In this document: piece by piece, positions 29,778-40,565 of the stretch
How the letters are laid out: every line of letters begins with the position of its first letter
Numbering within the stretch: position 1 is the stretch's first letter
Assembly (NCBI GenBank): GCA_013215825.1
Contig: JABSQN010000006.1
Coordinates: 37,099 to 101,098, forward strand
Direction: 5' to 3'
Source: Piscirickettsiaceae bacterium
GTDB taxonomy: Bacteria; Pseudomonadota; Gammaproteobacteria; Nitrosococcales; Methylophagaceae
DNA length: 64,000 nucleotides
Notes under the pieces: model-generated
The model's database searches: none
The model's input: only the letters and a program-made list of their open reading frames with translations
What the model was told of the DNA's origin: nothing
Program-made: the position numbers and the translations under genes

Positions 29778-30599
29778 ATGTCAAAATCAAGATTATATCC
29801 TGCCGCAAAGAAGCGCTTTGGGCAGAATTTTTTACACGATGAGCAAGTTATTGCTGATATTGTTGCCGCAGTTGATCCGCAAAACGGCGATCATATGGTT
29901 GAAATAGGCCCTGGACGAGGTGCATTAACACGACCTTTATTACAGACTGGTCAGCAGCTCGATGTGATTGAGCTCGATCATGATTTGGTACCACTATTGC
30001 AAAAAAAGCTAATGGAATATGAACATTTATCCATTCATCAAGCCGATGCCCTGGCTTTCGATTATGCAACGCTAGTGAATAAAGATGAAAAGTTACGCAT
30101 TATAGGAAATTTGCCTTATAACATTACTACGCCTTTGTTATTCCATTTACTAGAACAATCATCCTGTATTGATGATATGTGCTTTATGTTACAAGAAGAA
30201 GTTGTCGACAGAATTTGTGCGCAACCTGGTTCTAAAACATATGGTCGGCTTAGCATTATGGTGCAATACCAATGTGACGCTGTAAAATTGTTTGTTGTAC
30301 CTGCAGAATCATTTGAGCCTATACCAAAAGTAGAATCTGCTATTATCTACCTACGACCTAGAACCGATTTTATAGGTGGTGAAGTGCCCATAGAAGCACT
30401 TAATAGCATTGTATTAAAAGCCTTCTCTCAGCGTCGAAAAACCATTGCTAACACACTGAAAAACATGGTTTCTCAAGATGATTTGCAAGCTGACAACATT
30501 GATTTGAAGCAGCGTCCAGAGACGATTTCCATTGAACAATATGTGGCTATTACTCGACGATGGCTGGTGAAAAATGAGCATGGTGATAAATTAGACTAG
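29778..30599 (+). CDS. rsmA: 16S rRNA (adenine1518/1519-N6)-dimethyltransferase
   Basis: KRFGQNFLHD N-terminus, SAM motif VEIGPGRGALT, and GNLPYNITTP. Confidence 0.95.
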   Translation: MSKSRLYPAAKKRFGQNFLHDEQVIADIVAAVDPQNGDHMVEIGPGRGALTRPLLQTGQQLDVIELDHDLVPLLQKKLMEYEHLSIHQADALAFDYATLVNKDEKLRIIGNLPYNITTPLLFHLLEQSSCIDDMCFMLQEEVVDRICAQPGSKTYGRLSIMVQYQCDAVKLFVVPAESFEPIPKVESAIIYLRPRTDFIGGEVPIEALNSIVLKAFSQRRKTIANTLKNMVSQDDLQADNIDLKQRPETISIEQYVAITRRWLVKNEHGDKLD

Positions 30600-30797
30600 T
30601 GAGGCATGGGCTTAAACCCGAAAATATAATACAGCCACAAAGGATGATGATTATTTGAATTGATAGGTGAAAAGGAGAACAAGTGTCTTGACACCCTGTT
30701 TTTGCTGTAGTTAGATACTCTCTTCCAATGGAGTGCGGGTGGCTAGATATTGCTGTTGGGATAATAACTACTATAAATAATAATGAGGAATTATATT

Positions 30798-31070
30798 GTG
30801 AATAAATCTGAATTGATTGATGCAATTGCAAGTGCTGCTGATATTTCAAAGGCAAAAGCAGCGTTAGCTGTCGATGGTATGACCGGAGCTATTACTAATG
30901 CACTAAGCAGTGGTGATCAAGTGACTTTGGTTGGTTTTGGTACGTTCTCTGTACGTGACCGTGCTGCACGCACAGGTCGTAATCCACGTACTGGTGAAGA
31001 AATTCAAATTAAAGCTGCAAAAATACCTGCTTTTAAAGCTGGTAAAGCACTAAAAGATGCTGTAAACTAG
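30798..31070 (+). CDS. hupB: DNA-binding protein HU (beta-like)
   Basis: The GTG start gives a 90-aa product, [11 protein letters not shown]...[24 protein letters not shown]..., with an AGGA RBS. The track's ATG at 30783 adds 5 atypical residues. Confidence 0.93.
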   Translation: MNKSELIDAIASAADISKAKAALAVDGMTGAITNALSSGDQVTLVGFGTFSVRDRAARTGRNPRTGEEIQIKAAKIPAFKAGKALKDAVN

Positions 31071-31083
31071 CGTTTTTTTTCTG

Positions 31084-31159
31084 GGGTGTTTAGCTCAGCT
31101 GGGAGAGCATCGCCCTTACAAGGCGAGGGTCGGGGGTTCGATCCCCTCAACACCCACCA
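31084..31159 (+). tRNA. tRNA-Val (anticodon UAC)
   Basis: GGGTGTTTAGCTCAGCTGGGAGAGCATCGCCCTTACAAGGCGAGGGTCGGGGGTTCGATCCCCTCAACACCCACCA. Cloverleaf and anticodon loop CTTACAA. Confidence 0.96.
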
Positions 31160-31168
31160 GAAAAATTA

Positions 31169-31245
31169 GGAGCGGTAGTTCAGTTGGTTAGAATGCTGGC
31201 CTGTCACGCCGGAGGTCGCGGGTTCGAGTCCCGTCCGCTCCGCCA
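31169..31245 (+). tRNA. tRNA-Asp (anticodon GUC)
   Basis: GGAGCGGTAGTTCAGTTGGTTAGAATGCTGGCCTGTCACGCCGGAGGTCGCGGGTTCGAGTCCCGTCCGCTCCGCCA. Very close to E. coli tRNA-Asp. Confidence 0.96.
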
Positions 31246-31257
31246 AATACTAGAAGA

Positions 31258-31286
31258 GGGCACATTTAATATGTGCCCTTTTTTTT
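31258..31286 (+). terminator. Terminator after hupB-tRNA-Val-tRNA-Asp
   Basis: GGGCACAT-TTAAT-ATGTGCCC, followed by eight T. Confidence 0.75.
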
Positions 31287-31325
31287 GCTTCATTTTTATC
31301 GAATTATTTTGAAGGTTATCTGCTT

Positions 31326-33215
31326 ATGTTACATTTTATTCGTGAACGAGCTAAAGGTTGGGTTGCATGGGTTATTGTTGGCCTAATTAGTATCCCATTT
31401 GCATTATGGGGAGTTAATTCCTATTTAACAGGGCCAGCAGATGTCGTTGTTGCTACTGTTAATGGTAAGTCTATTAAGCAAGTCGAGTTTCAACGTGAAT
31501 ATCAACGTTATCGTGATCGCGCTCGTGAAATGATGGGCGAACAGTTTGATCCTGCATTATTCGAGGGTGTCGAAGTTAAACGAGGTGTTTTGGACCGTTT
31601 AATTGAAGAAAGATTATTATTATCGGCTAATAATACATTAGGACAGCGTGTCCGAGATATTGATGTTAATAATATCATTCAAAATACAGAAGCATTTCAA
31701 AGTGGCGGACGTTTTGATGCTGAACGTTACAGTATGATGTTGGCACGTATTAGCATGACGCCATTGAGTTATGAATCTCAATTACGAATAGATTTATTAG
31801 TACAAGAGTTGAACAATAATATTCAACAAACAGCATTAGTGACATCATCAGCAATTGATACTATTTTACGGTTAGAAAAACAAACGCGAGATATTGCTTA
31901 TGGTGTTGTGTCTGCAATGGAACAGCTTGAAAATGTAACCGTGGATGACGAGCAAGTACAAGCCTATTTTGATACGAATAAAGCGACGTATAGGGCGCCA
32001 GAGCGAATTATTGTTGATTATATAGAACTGTCAGTCGAGCAACTAGCAAAAACCATTGATGTGGACGATGCATTATTACAGCAATTTTATACTGATAATG
32101 AAGACCAGTTTGTAGGTCCGGAACAACGTCGCGTAAGTCATATTTTAATTGAAGGTGATGACGATGACGCACTTGAAAAATTGGCCATGATTAAAGAGCG
32201 TCTTGAGATTGGGGATAACTTCATTGATCTAGTCGCTAAGTTTTCACAAGATGCAGGAACAATTAACAGTGATGGTGATTTAGGTTTTTTCCAACGTGAT
32301 GTTATGGATCCGGCCTTTGAAGTGGTCGCCTTTGCTATGAATGAAATTGGTGATGTTAGTGAGCCTGTGAAAACAGAGTTTGGTTATCATTTAATTAAGT
32401 TAACGGATATTAAAGTATCTGAAGGCCAATCATTCAGTGAAGTACGTGATGAAATAGAGGCGCTGTACCGGAATCAGGAAGCAGAAGTTTTATTTTATGA
32501 GCAGGCAGAGCTATTAGCGGATTTAAGTTATGAGAATCCAGATAATTTAGATATTGCTGCTGAAGAATTAGGATTAGAAATAAAAACATCGAAAGAGTTT
32601 TTACGCGAAGGTAATACGGTGGGTATTGCTAAAGATAAGAAAATTGCAACGGTTGCCTTTAGTGAAGATATTTTGGTTCATGATTTAAACAGTGCGGTGA
32701 TTGAGTTAAATAAGTCACATTTATTAGTTTTGCATAAGAACAAATACACCGCAGAGAGTCAGCTAGCCTTTGAGTCTGTTTCGCCAGCTATAAAGGAACT
32801 CCTTAAGTTTGAAAGCGCGCGTGATAAGGCGCGTGAACAGGGCAAGACTATTCTTACTAAGCTAAAAGCGGGTGAGTCATCAGAGTCATTATTTACTGAC
32901 AGCTTATGGTTTGACGTCAAAACGTATAGTCGAACAAATGATGATGTGAGTGCCCAAGTATTGCAACATGCTTTTTCTGTTGTTAAACCAAATGATGAAG
33001 CTACACTTACTGGATTTACAGCACAAAATGGTAATTATATTGTGGTTAAAGTGACTGCGGTTAATGATGGCAATCCAGCGGAAGCTAGCTCGGAAGATCG
33101 TGATGGTTTACAGTCGTTTTTAATGAGAAATAACGGGGTTAGTGAATTACAAGCATTTATTGCTAGTTTACGTGCTGATGCTGATATTGAAATATTAGCG
33201 AAAGATTTAAAGTAA
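31326..33215 (+). CDS. ppiD: Periplasmic folding chaperone PpiD
   Basis: N-terminal membrane anchor (GWVAWVIVGLISIPFALWG), a parvulin-like domain (GDLGFF...FGYHLIKL), and position after hupB. Confidence 0.9.
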   Translation: MLHFIRERAKGWVAWVIVGLISIPFALWGVNSYLTGPADVVVATVNGKSIKQVEFQREYQRYRDRAREMMGEQFDPALFEGVEVKRGVLDRLIEERLLLSANNTLGQRVRDIDVNNIIQNTEAFQSGGRFDAERYSMMLARISMTPLSYESQLRIDLLVQELNNNIQQTALVTSSAIDTILRLEKQTRDIAYGVVSAMEQLENVTVDDEQVQAYFDTNKATYRAPERIIVDYIELSVEQLAKTIDVDDALLQQFYTDNEDQFVGPEQRRVSHILIEGDDDDALEKLAMIKERLEIGDNFIDLVAKFSQDAGTINSDGDLGFFQRDVMDPAFEVVAFAMNEIGDVSEPVKTEFGYHLIKLTDIKVSEGQSFSEVRDEIEALYRNQEAEVLFYEQAELLADLSYENPDNLDIAAEELGLEIKTSKEFLREGNTVGIAKDKKIATVAFSEDILVHDLNSAVIELNKSHLLVLHKNKYTAESQLAFESVSPAIKELLKFESARDKAREQGKTILTKLKAGESSESLFTDSLWFDVKTYSRTNDDVSAQVLQHAFSVVKPNDEATLTGFTAQNGNYIVVKVTAVNDGNPAEASSEDRDGLQSFLMRNNGVSELQAFIASLRADADIEILAKDLK

Positions 33216-33233
33216 GAAGGTTAATTGAAAAAC

Positions 33234-33262
33234 AAAAAAAGGCGCTGAAAAGCGCCTTTTTT
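33234..33262. terminator. Bidirectional terminator between ppiD and fabI
   Basis: A-run, GGCGCT-GAAA-AGCGCC, then a T-run. Confidence 0.75.
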
Positions 33263-33280
33263 ATAAGTTAAGGTTAGTTT

Positions 33281-34066
33281 TTATCCAGTAATGCCAACGA
33301 TATTGAAGCCACTATCAACATACGTGATTTCACCGGTGATGCCAGATGCCAAGTCTGAACATAAAAATGCAGCAACATTACCGACTTCATCAATGGTGAC
33401 ATTACGACGAAGAGGAGAGGCTGCAGCACCTTGAGTTAACTTTTTACTAAAGTCTGCAATACCTGCTGATGCCAATGTTTTAATTGGTCCTGCAGAGATA
33501 GCATTAACTCGAATACCTTCAGGGCCTAATGACAATGCCATATAACGCACACTTGCTTCTAAGCTTGCTTTAGCGATGCCCATTACATTGTAGTTATCAA
33601 TTGCACGTTCAGCACCTAAATAACTTAATGTTAATAGTGAGCCGTTACGGCCTGCCATCATGTCTTTACCTGCTTTAGCTAATGCAGCGAAACTATATGC
33701 ACTAATATCGTGTGCGATGGCAAAGCCTTCGCGAGTGACGCTATCAATATAGCTACCTTGTAACTGTTCTCGCGGTGCAAAAGCAACAGCATGAATGATG
33801 ATGTCTAATCCATCCCAATGTTTACCTAATTGTTCAAAAACAGCATTGATTTGCTCGTCACTTGCCACATCGCAGGGGAACAGTAATGCGGGATCTGATT
33901 CGCATTGGACGGCAATTTTTTCGACACGAGATTTTAACTTGTCAGTTTGATAGGTGAATGCAATGTCGGCACCTTCGCGAGCCATAGCGAGTGCGATACC
34001 AGATGCAATTGAGCGAGGGCTAGCAACACCAACGATTAAAACACGTTTGCCTTGTAAAAATCCCAT
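33281..34066 (-). CDS. fabI: Enoyl-ACP reductase (NADH) FabI
   Basis: [15 protein letters not shown]-terminus, SDR fold, and the Y-x6-K region ([23 protein letters not shown]). Confidence 0.93.
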   Translation of the reverse strand: MGFLQGKRVLIVGVASPRSIASGIALAMAREGADIAFTYQTDKLKSRVEKIAVQCESDPALLFPCDVASDEQINAVFEQLGKHWDGLDIIIHAVAFAPREQLQGSYIDSVTREGFAIAHDISAYSFAALAKAGKDMMAGRNGSLLTLSYLGAERAIDNYNVMGIAKASLEASVRYMALSLGPEGIRVNAISAGPIKTLASAGIADFSKKLTQGAAASPLRRNVTIDEVGNVAAFLCSDLASGITGEITYVDSGFNIVGITG

Positions 34067-34188
34067 TGATTGTCTCCTAAATGAGGGAATGAAAAGAGTA
34101 AATTACCCGAATTTGTTTGTTTTCGAAAGGATTAAATGATTTTAACTGCTTATAATGATTAATATCATTAAAATTACTTAGAGATACT

Positions 34189-36321
34189 ATGCGGTTTTTA
34201 TCGACCATTTTGATTTTATTATTTTTGTCAGCGTGTGATTTGTCGGCCATTAACTCACCGTATCCAGAGCAAGAAAATAATGCCTCTGTTTTATATGCTT
34301 CCTTTTCATTACGGCCAAAACACCTTGATCCTGCACGATCATATAGTAGTAATGAAGCCATATTTACTGGACAAATTTATGAGCCACCCTATCAGTATCA
34401 TTATCTAAAAAGACCTTATACATTAATACCTCTCACAGCAACAGAATTACCGAAGGTGCGTTACTTTAGTGCTGATAATATTGAGTTGGCGGCGGATGAT
34501 GCGGATATTGCATATAGTCTATATCAGATCACCATTAAGCCAGAAATTAGGTATCAACCTCATCCTTCTTTTGTAAAAGAGACTGATGGACAATATGTGT
34601 ATCACCAAATGACAGCCAAACAACTTGTTTCGGTCAATACCTTATCTGATTTCAAACAGAATGCGAGTAGAGAGCTAGTTGCCGCAGATTATGTTTATCA
34701 AATTAAGCGACTGGCACATCCTGAAATACATTCTCCGATATTAGGTTTAATGAGTGAACATATTGTTGGTTTAGCCGATTATGCTGAGCAATTAAGGCAA
34801 CTTAAACAAAAGGGTAAGGCACTCAATTTACGAACATCAGCAATCGAGGGTGTTACGGTTATTGATCGCTATCGTTATCAAATAAAAGTAGTGGGTAAAT
34901 ACCCGCAATTACGTTATTGGTTAGCGATGCCATTTTTTGCTCCAGTACCTTGGGAGGCCGATATTTTTTATGCACAGAAAGGTTTAATTGAAAAAAATAT
35001 AACATTAGATTGGTTTCCAGTAGGGACCGGCCCGTATCAGTTGACAGAGAATAATCCGAATCAGAGAATGGTGTTAGAGAGAAATCCAAATTATCATGAT
35101 GAATACTATCCTGAGAACGGTGATGACGGCGACTTTGAACAAGGGCTGTTAAAAGATAGCGGACAGAGATTGCCATTAATAGATAAAGTTATCTTTACTT
35201 TAGAGAAAGAAAATACATCTTATTGGAATAAGTTCCTCCAAGGATATTATGATGTTAGTGGAATAAGCTCGGATAGTTTTGAACAAGCGATTCAGCTTGG
35301 AGGTGGCGGTGAGTTTGGACTCAGTGATGCAATGAAGAAAAAAGGAATTGATTTACGCACATCAATTGGTACATCGAGCTATTATATTGGCTTTAATATG
35401 CATGATAGTGTTGTCGGTGGTTATAGTGAAAAAGCGAAGAAACTACGGCAAGCACTTTCCATCGCCATTGATTATGAAGAGTTCATTTCTATATTTTTGA
35501 ATGGTCGCGGCATTCCCGCTCAAGGTGTTATTCCGCCAGGAATTTTTGGCTATATTGATGGGCAACAAGGTATTAATCCACGGGTTTATAATTGGGATGA
35601 TACAAAAGGTGTACGTAAGAATATTAAGGAAGCGCGTGAATTATTAGTCCAGGCGGGTTATCCAAATGGCAGGGATGAACAAACAGGTGAACCCTTAAAT
35701 TTATATTTTGATGTACCTGCTAGTGGTCCTGATGCAAGAGCACAATTTGATTGGTTACGAAAACAGTTTAAGAAGTTAGGTATTCAGCTGATTGTTCGTA
35801 GCAGTGATTACAATCGCTTCCAGGACAAAATGCATAATGGTCAAGCACAGATCTTTCAATGGGGCTGGAATGCCGATTATCCTGATCCTGAAAATTTCTT
35901 ATTTTTACTTTATGGCCCGAATGGCAAAGTCGCTACAGGTGGTGAAAATGCGGCAAATTATGAAAATGCAGAATTTGATCGTTTGTTTGAACAAATGCGG
36001 GCAATGCCGAATAACGATGAACGTCTAAAAATCATCCAAGAAATGTCAGCGATACTGACTGAAGATTCACCTTGGGTCTGGGGCTACCATCCGAAGCAGT
36101 TCTCTTTGTACCATGCTTGGAATAAAAATATTAAACCTAATTTAATGGCAAATAATACAATTAAATATCGTCGAATTGATGCGTACCAACGAAAAGAATT
36201 ACAGCAAAGTTGGAATAAGCCGATATTATGGCCATTAATAGTATTAGTCTTTGTGGTGTTATTGCTTTTTCTACCGGCTTTTTTGTTATATATACAGAAA
36301 AAATATACAAAAATAACGTAA
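34189..36321 (+). CDS. Family-5 (peptide/opine type) ABC substrate-binding protein with a lipobox and a C-terminal TM helix
   Basis: Lipobox LLFLSAC. Long SBP_bac_5-like body (NPNYHDEYYP..., WGWNADYPDPENFL). The C-terminal hydrophobic segment ILWPLIVLVFVVLLLFLPAFLLYI is followed by KKY. Confidence 0.8.
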   Translation: MRFLSTILILLFLSACDLSAINSPYPEQENNASVLYASFSLRPKHLDPARSYSSNEAIFTGQIYEPPYQYHYLKRPYTLIPLTATELPKVRYFSADNIELAADDADIAYSLYQITIKPEIRYQPHPSFVKETDGQYVYHQMTAKQLVSVNTLSDFKQNASRELVAADYVYQIKRLAHPEIHSPILGLMSEHIVGLADYAEQLRQLKQKGKALNLRTSAIEGVTVIDRYRYQIKVVGKYPQLRYWLAMPFFAPVPWEADIFYAQKGLIEKNITLDWFPVGTGPYQLTENNPNQRMVLERNPNYHDEYYPENGDDGDFEQGLLKDSGQRLPLIDKVIFTLEKENTSYWNKFLQGYYDVSGISSDSFEQAIQLGGGGEFGLSDAMKKKGIDLRTSIGTSSYYIGFNMHDSVVGGYSEKAKKLRQALSIAIDYEEFISIFLNGRGIPAQGVIPPGIFGYIDGQQGINPRVYNWDDTKGVRKNIKEARELLVQAGYPNGRDEQTGEPLNLYFDVPASGPDARAQFDWLRKQFKKLGIQLIVRSSDYNRFQDKMHNGQAQIFQWGWNADYPDPENFLFLLYGPNGKVATGGENAANYENAEFDRLFEQMRAMPNNDERLKIIQEMSAILTEDSPWVWGYHPKQFSLYHAWNKNIKPNLMANNTIKYRRIDAYQRKELQQSWNKPILWPLIVLVFVVLLLFLPAFLLYIQKKYTKIT

Positions 36322-36424
36322 TAGACTAAAGAACTACAGATTTTTTGATGGGTATTGGGTAGAATCACATATATTTTTAGGAAGGTATGGTGCTGAAATG
36401 TGGCACAATTAAGGAGATGGTTGA

Positions 36425-37192
36425 GTGGATTTAGCAACATTAATTGGTTTTTTGTTAGCGTGGGCCTTGATTCTAGGCACTATTGCAACTGGTTCTGGTG
36501 CTTTGGTTTTTGTCAATATTCCATCTTTAGTGATTGTGCTAGGTGGCGCATTGGCTGTTGTTATGATGCGTTTCTCTCTTGGTCAGTTCATTGGTGCAAT
36601 AAAAACAGCGATGAAAGCATTTCTGCACAAATCGGAAAATCCCGAAGAATTAATTAGCACGGTTGTTGAATTAGCAGGAATTGCCAGAAAAGAGGGCTTG
36701 CTTGCCTTAGAAAGCCAAGAAATTAATAATCCCGTCTTGGCAACGGGTATTCGTATGTTAGTTGATGGCCATGAAGCGGCTATCGTTAATAAAGCATTAT
36801 CGACAGAAATGAATGAAACCGTCAGCCGTCATAAAGTAGGCCAAAGTATCTTTAAACAAATTGGTGATGCTGGCCCTGCAATGGGTATGATTGGTACATT
36901 GGTAGGGTTAGTGCAGATGTTATCCAATATGTCAGATCCTAAATCAATCGGTCCAGCAATGGCTGTTGCGTTGTTAACAACGCTTTATGGTGCGATGTTA
37001 GCTAATATGTTCGCATTGCCTATCGCAGATAAGCTGTCATTACGCAGTGATGAAGAAAAATTAAATAAAGTGATTATCATCCAAAGTGTCTTAGGTATTC
37101 AGGAAGGGCAGAATCCAAAAGTATTAGAAGAATTATTAAATAACTTTTTGCCGGCATCGAAGCGTAGTGGTGACGGAGACTCTGGTGAGTAA
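36425..37192 (+). CDS. pomA: Flagellar stator protein PomA/MotA
   Basis: (V)DLATLIGF... and GPAMGMIGTLVGLVQMLSNMSDPKSIGPAMAVALLTTLYGA closely follow Vibrio PomA. GTG start with an AGGAG RBS. Confidence 0.93.
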   Translation: MDLATLIGFLLAWALILGTIATGSGALVFVNIPSLVIVLGGALAVVMMRFSLGQFIGAIKTAMKAFLHKSENPEELISTVVELAGIARKEGLLALESQEINNPVLATGIRMLVDGHEAAIVNKALSTEMNETVSRHKVGQSIFKQIGDAGPAMGMIGTLVGLVQMLSNMSDPKSIGPAMAVALLTTLYGAMLANMFALPIADKLSLRSDEEKLNKVIIIQSVLGIQEGQNPKVLEELLNNFLPASKRSGDGDSGE

Positions 37193-37231
37193 TGAACGAT
37201 TTAATTATTGTCATGGATGTAGTTAGATAAA

Positions 37232-38143
37232 ATGGTTATGGAAGAAGAGCAAGTCGATTGTGATTGTCCTCCTGAAGGCTTGCCTGCATGGTTAGGTACT
37301 TTTGCAGACTTAATGTCATTATTAATGTGCTTTTTTGTATTGCTGTTGTCATTTGCTGAGATGGATGCGTTAAAATACAAGATGGTGGTTGACTCTCTTG
37401 ATAATGCCTTTGGGGTGCAGCGTGAAATTGCGGCGAATGAAATTCCGAAAGGAACAAGCATCATTGCCCAAGAATTTAGTCCTGGTGAACCCAAACCAAC
37501 CCCATTAAAAGAAATTCGTCAAGAAACAGTGGATGAGTCACGTGATGATCTAAAAATAACTGTTGATGCTGAAGATGTTGCTAAACAGCAAGCGAAAGAA
37601 ATAGCTGAAGAAGCAGAAGTTTTTAAAGAAGCACTTGAAGGTGAGATAGAAGAAGGTTTGATTGATGTTGAAACGCAGCTTAATCGCATCGTGATACGGA
37701 TCAGAGAAAAAGGATCATTCCAATCGGGTGATGCTCGATTAAACGCCAACTTTCTACCTATTCTGAGTAAAATTCGTGATGTGTTGATGAAAACAAATGG
37801 TCAACTTGCCGTGGCTGGCCATACGGATAATATTCCGATTAATACACCTCGCTATCGTTCAAATTGGGAATTGTCGACATCGCGTGCAACATCGGTAGTG
37901 CATGAGTTATTACGAAATGGTGAAATACCACCAGAACGGTTTGTATTAGAAGGCTATGCAGCAACACAACCTTTATTGCCTAATGATAACGCTGAAAATA
38001 GAGCTAGAAATCGACGTGTAGAAATTATTGTTTTAAAATCTACAGTGATTGATGAAGTGACGAAGTCTATTGATATGCTTAATAAAGAATATGAAGGTGT
38101 GGTTGAAGGTGAGATCACCATTATTGATAAGGATGAAAAATGA
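37232..38143 (+). CDS. pomB: Flagellar stator protein PomB/MotB (OmpA-like C-terminus)
   Basis: CDCPPEGLPAWLGTFADLMSLLMCFFVLLLSF plug/TM region as in Vibrio PomB. OmpA-like peptidoglycan-binding domain (GHTDNIP...NRRVEI). Confidence 0.93.
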   Translation: MVMEEEQVDCDCPPEGLPAWLGTFADLMSLLMCFFVLLLSFAEMDALKYKMVVDSLDNAFGVQREIAANEIPKGTSIIAQEFSPGEPKPTPLKEIRQETVDESRDDLKITVDAEDVAKQQAKEIAEEAEVFKEALEGEIEEGLIDVETQLNRIVIRIREKGSFQSGDARLNANFLPILSKIRDVLMKTNGQLAVAGHTDNIPINTPRYRSNWELSTSRATSVVHELLRNGEIPPERFVLEGYAATQPLLPNDNAENRARNRRVEIIVLKSTVIDEVTKSIDMLNKEYEGVVEGEITIIDKDEK

Positions 38144-38730
38144 ATATTAAATTTACATTAATTAAGAGTGTGTTTTTTCTTTTATTCACACTCAATAGTT
38201 ATGCTTCTACATGGACAATTGATTTAGAACATTCACAACTAAACTTTGTATCGATTAAAAAAGTACATGTGGCAGAAGTACATACCTTTAATAAATTTCA
38301 AGGAACATTGGATGAGCATGGTCAATTTGAGCTTGTAATTGATTTGGCAAGTGTCGATACAAATATCGAATTGCGCGATAAGCGATTAGGGGCGTTTTTA
38401 TTTGATATTACACATTATGCAAAAGCAAAGCTGACTGGGACTATGGATATTACTGATGTTACAGAATTGGCAGTCGCACAAAGTAAGTTACTAATAGTTG
38501 ATGGGATGCTGAATTTGCATGGCGAAGAAAAACAAGTCATATTACAAATACTCGTTACAAGATTAAGTGAAAATAAATTATTGCTGATTAGTGCACAACC
38601 CGTATTAATAAATGTAGCTGACTTTTCATTAGTATCGGGTATTGAAAAGCTACGAGAATTAGCAAAACTGCCGAGCATTAGTTACACTGTGCCCGTAAAT
38701 TTCCATCTACTATTAAACGCGTTAAATTAA
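38140..38730 (+). CDS. YceI-like periplasmic protein
   Basis: Signal peptide, then W.ID..HS.L.F and the later lipid-binding-barrel pattern typical of the YceI family. The ATGA overlaps the pomB stop. Confidence 0.7.
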   Translation: MNIKFTLIKSVFFLLFTLNSYASTWTIDLEHSQLNFVSIKKVHVAEVHTFNKFQGTLDEHGQFELVIDLASVDTNIELRDKRLGAFLFDITHYAKAKLTGTMDITDVTELAVAQSKLLIVDGMLNLHGEEKQVILQILVTRLSENKLLLISAQPVLINVADFSLVSGIEKLRELAKLPSISYTVPVNFHLLLNALN

Positions 38731-38746
38731 GAGGTTTTTAAACAGA

Positions 38747-39385
38747 ATGCAGAAAGTTTCTGTTGTACAAGGTATCGTTATCCCATTAGATAGACCGAAT
38801 GTTGATACGGATGCCATTATCCCAAAACAGTTTTTAAAATCAATTCAACGTAGTGGCTTTGGGCCAAATTTATTTGATGAATGGCGTTATTTAGATCTGG
38901 GTGAGCCAGGGAAGAGTTGTGTCGATAGACCGCTTAATAATGACTTCGTGCTAAATCAAGCTCGATATAAAGATGGAATAATATTATTAGCACGTGAGAA
39001 CTTTGGTTGTGGTTCCAGTCGTGAACATGCTGTTTGGGCATTGGAAGACTTTGGTATTCGCGTTGTTATTGCCCCGAGTTTTGCAGATATTTTCTTCAAT
39101 AATACCAGTAAGAATGGTATTTTAGCTGTTCAGTTGGATGAGAAAGTCATTGATACCTTATTTGATGTTGTTGATAAGGAATCCGGTTATCAATTAACTG
39201 TCGATTTAGAAAAGCAACAAATAAGCTTGCCGAATGGAGAGTTTATTAACTTTGATGTTGATCCATTTAAAAAGCATTGTTTGTTGAATGGTTTAGATGA
39301 TATCGACCTCACATTGCAACACACTGATGATATTCAGGCTTATGAACAGCAGCGCTCAAAACAAGCACCATGGTTGTTTTCTTAA
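38747..39385 (+). CDS. leuD: 3-isopropylmalate dehydratase small subunit
   Basis: [19 protein letters not shown] and [13 protein letters not shown] motifs. Confidence 0.95.
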   Translation: MQKVSVVQGIVIPLDRPNVDTDAIIPKQFLKSIQRSGFGPNLFDEWRYLDLGEPGKSCVDRPLNNDFVLNQARYKDGIILLARENFGCGSSREHAVWALEDFGIRVVIAPSFADIFFNNTSKNGILAVQLDEKVIDTLFDVVDKESGYQLTVDLEKQQISLPNGEFINFDVDPFKKHCLLNGLDDIDLTLQHTDDIQAYEQQRSKQAPWLFS

Positions 39386-39469
39386 ACTAAATTGTCGCCA
39401 TTTTACTTGGCGTAAAATAGATTGAAAGTACAGAACTAATTTTAAATTTTAATGTAGTGAATTAAACGA

Positions 39470-40546
39470 ATGACAAAAAAAATAGCAGTATTAGCCGGTG
39501 ACGGTATTGGACCAGAGATCGTTGCTGAAGCAGTGAAAGTATTACACGCTGTTACCAAAGGCCGATTAGATATTGAACTGGAATATGGTTTGATTGGTGG
39601 TGCCGCGTATGATGAAACAGGAACACCATTACCCGATGAAACCGTGGTAATGTCAAAAGCAGCCGATGCCATTCTTTTAGGTGCTGTTGGGGGCTATAAA
39701 TGGGAGTCACTTGATATCAGTGTTCGTCCAGAAAAAGGTTTATTGGGTATTCGTAGTCAATTAAACTTATTTGCTAACTTGCGACCTGCGATTTTATATC
39801 CGCAACTAGCTAGTGCCTCAACATTGAAAGAAGAAGTCGTTTCAGGCTTGGACTTAATGATTGTGCGTGAATTAACGGGTGGTATTTATTTTGGGCAACC
39901 ACGCGGTATTCGTATCTTAGAAAATGGTGAAAAAGAAGGTTTTAACACCTTGGTTTACCGTGAAAGCGAAGTCAACCGTATTGGTAAAGTTGCATTTGAT
40001 ATTGCTAGAAAACGCCAAGGTCGCTTATGTTCTGTTGATAAAGCCAATGTCTTGGAATGTACTGAGTTATGGCGTGAAACCATGACGACATTGGGCGAAC
40101 AATACAGTGATGTTGAACTGAGCCATATGTATGTTGATAATGCGGCTATGCAATTAGTGCGAGCACCTAAGCAGTTTGATGTGATGGTTACAACTAATAT
40201 GTTTGGTGATATTTTGTCGGATTGTGCGTCAATGTTGACCGGGTCAATTGGTATGTTGCCTTCAGCGTCATTAGATGAAGATGGTAAAGGTATGTATGAG
40301 CCTATTCATGGCAGTGCGCCGGATATTGCAGGTCAAAATATTGCTAATCCATTAGCAACAATATTATCGGTATCGATGATGCTACGTTACACATTGGATC
40401 AAGCAGAAATGGCAGATCGTATTGAAAATGCAGTAAGTAATGTTTTAGATCAAGGACTTCGCACAGCAGACATATATTCATCAGGCATGACCAAAGTGGG
40501 CACGTCTGAAATGGGCGATGCCGTTGTTGCCGCCTTAGTTAATTAA
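39470..40546 (+). CDS. leuB: 3-isopropylmalate dehydrogenase
   Basis: [42 protein letters not shown]. Confidence 0.96.
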   Translation: MTKKIAVLAGDGIGPEIVAEAVKVLHAVTKGRLDIELEYGLIGGAAYDETGTPLPDETVVMSKAADAILLGAVGGYKWESLDISVRPEKGLLGIRSQLNLFANLRPAILYPQLASASTLKEEVVSGLDLMIVRELTGGIYFGQPRGIRILENGEKEGFNTLVYRESEVNRIGKVAFDIARKRQGRLCSVDKANVLECTELWRETMTTLGEQYSDVELSHMYVDNAAMQLVRAPKQFDVMVTTNMFGDILSDCASMLTGSIGMLPSASLDEDGKGMYEPIHGSAPDIAGQNIANPLATILSVSMMLRYTLDQAEMADRIENAVSNVLDQGLRTADIYSSGMTKVGTSEMGDAVVAALVN

Positions 40547-40565
40547 TCGAGTTGAGTTATTAATC

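Noticed and set aside
36400-36657. 85-aa ORF overlapping the pomA start.
   Set aside because: It is out of frame with the clearly conserved PomA sequence, its translation is Cys/Trp-rich nonsense, and it has no RBS.
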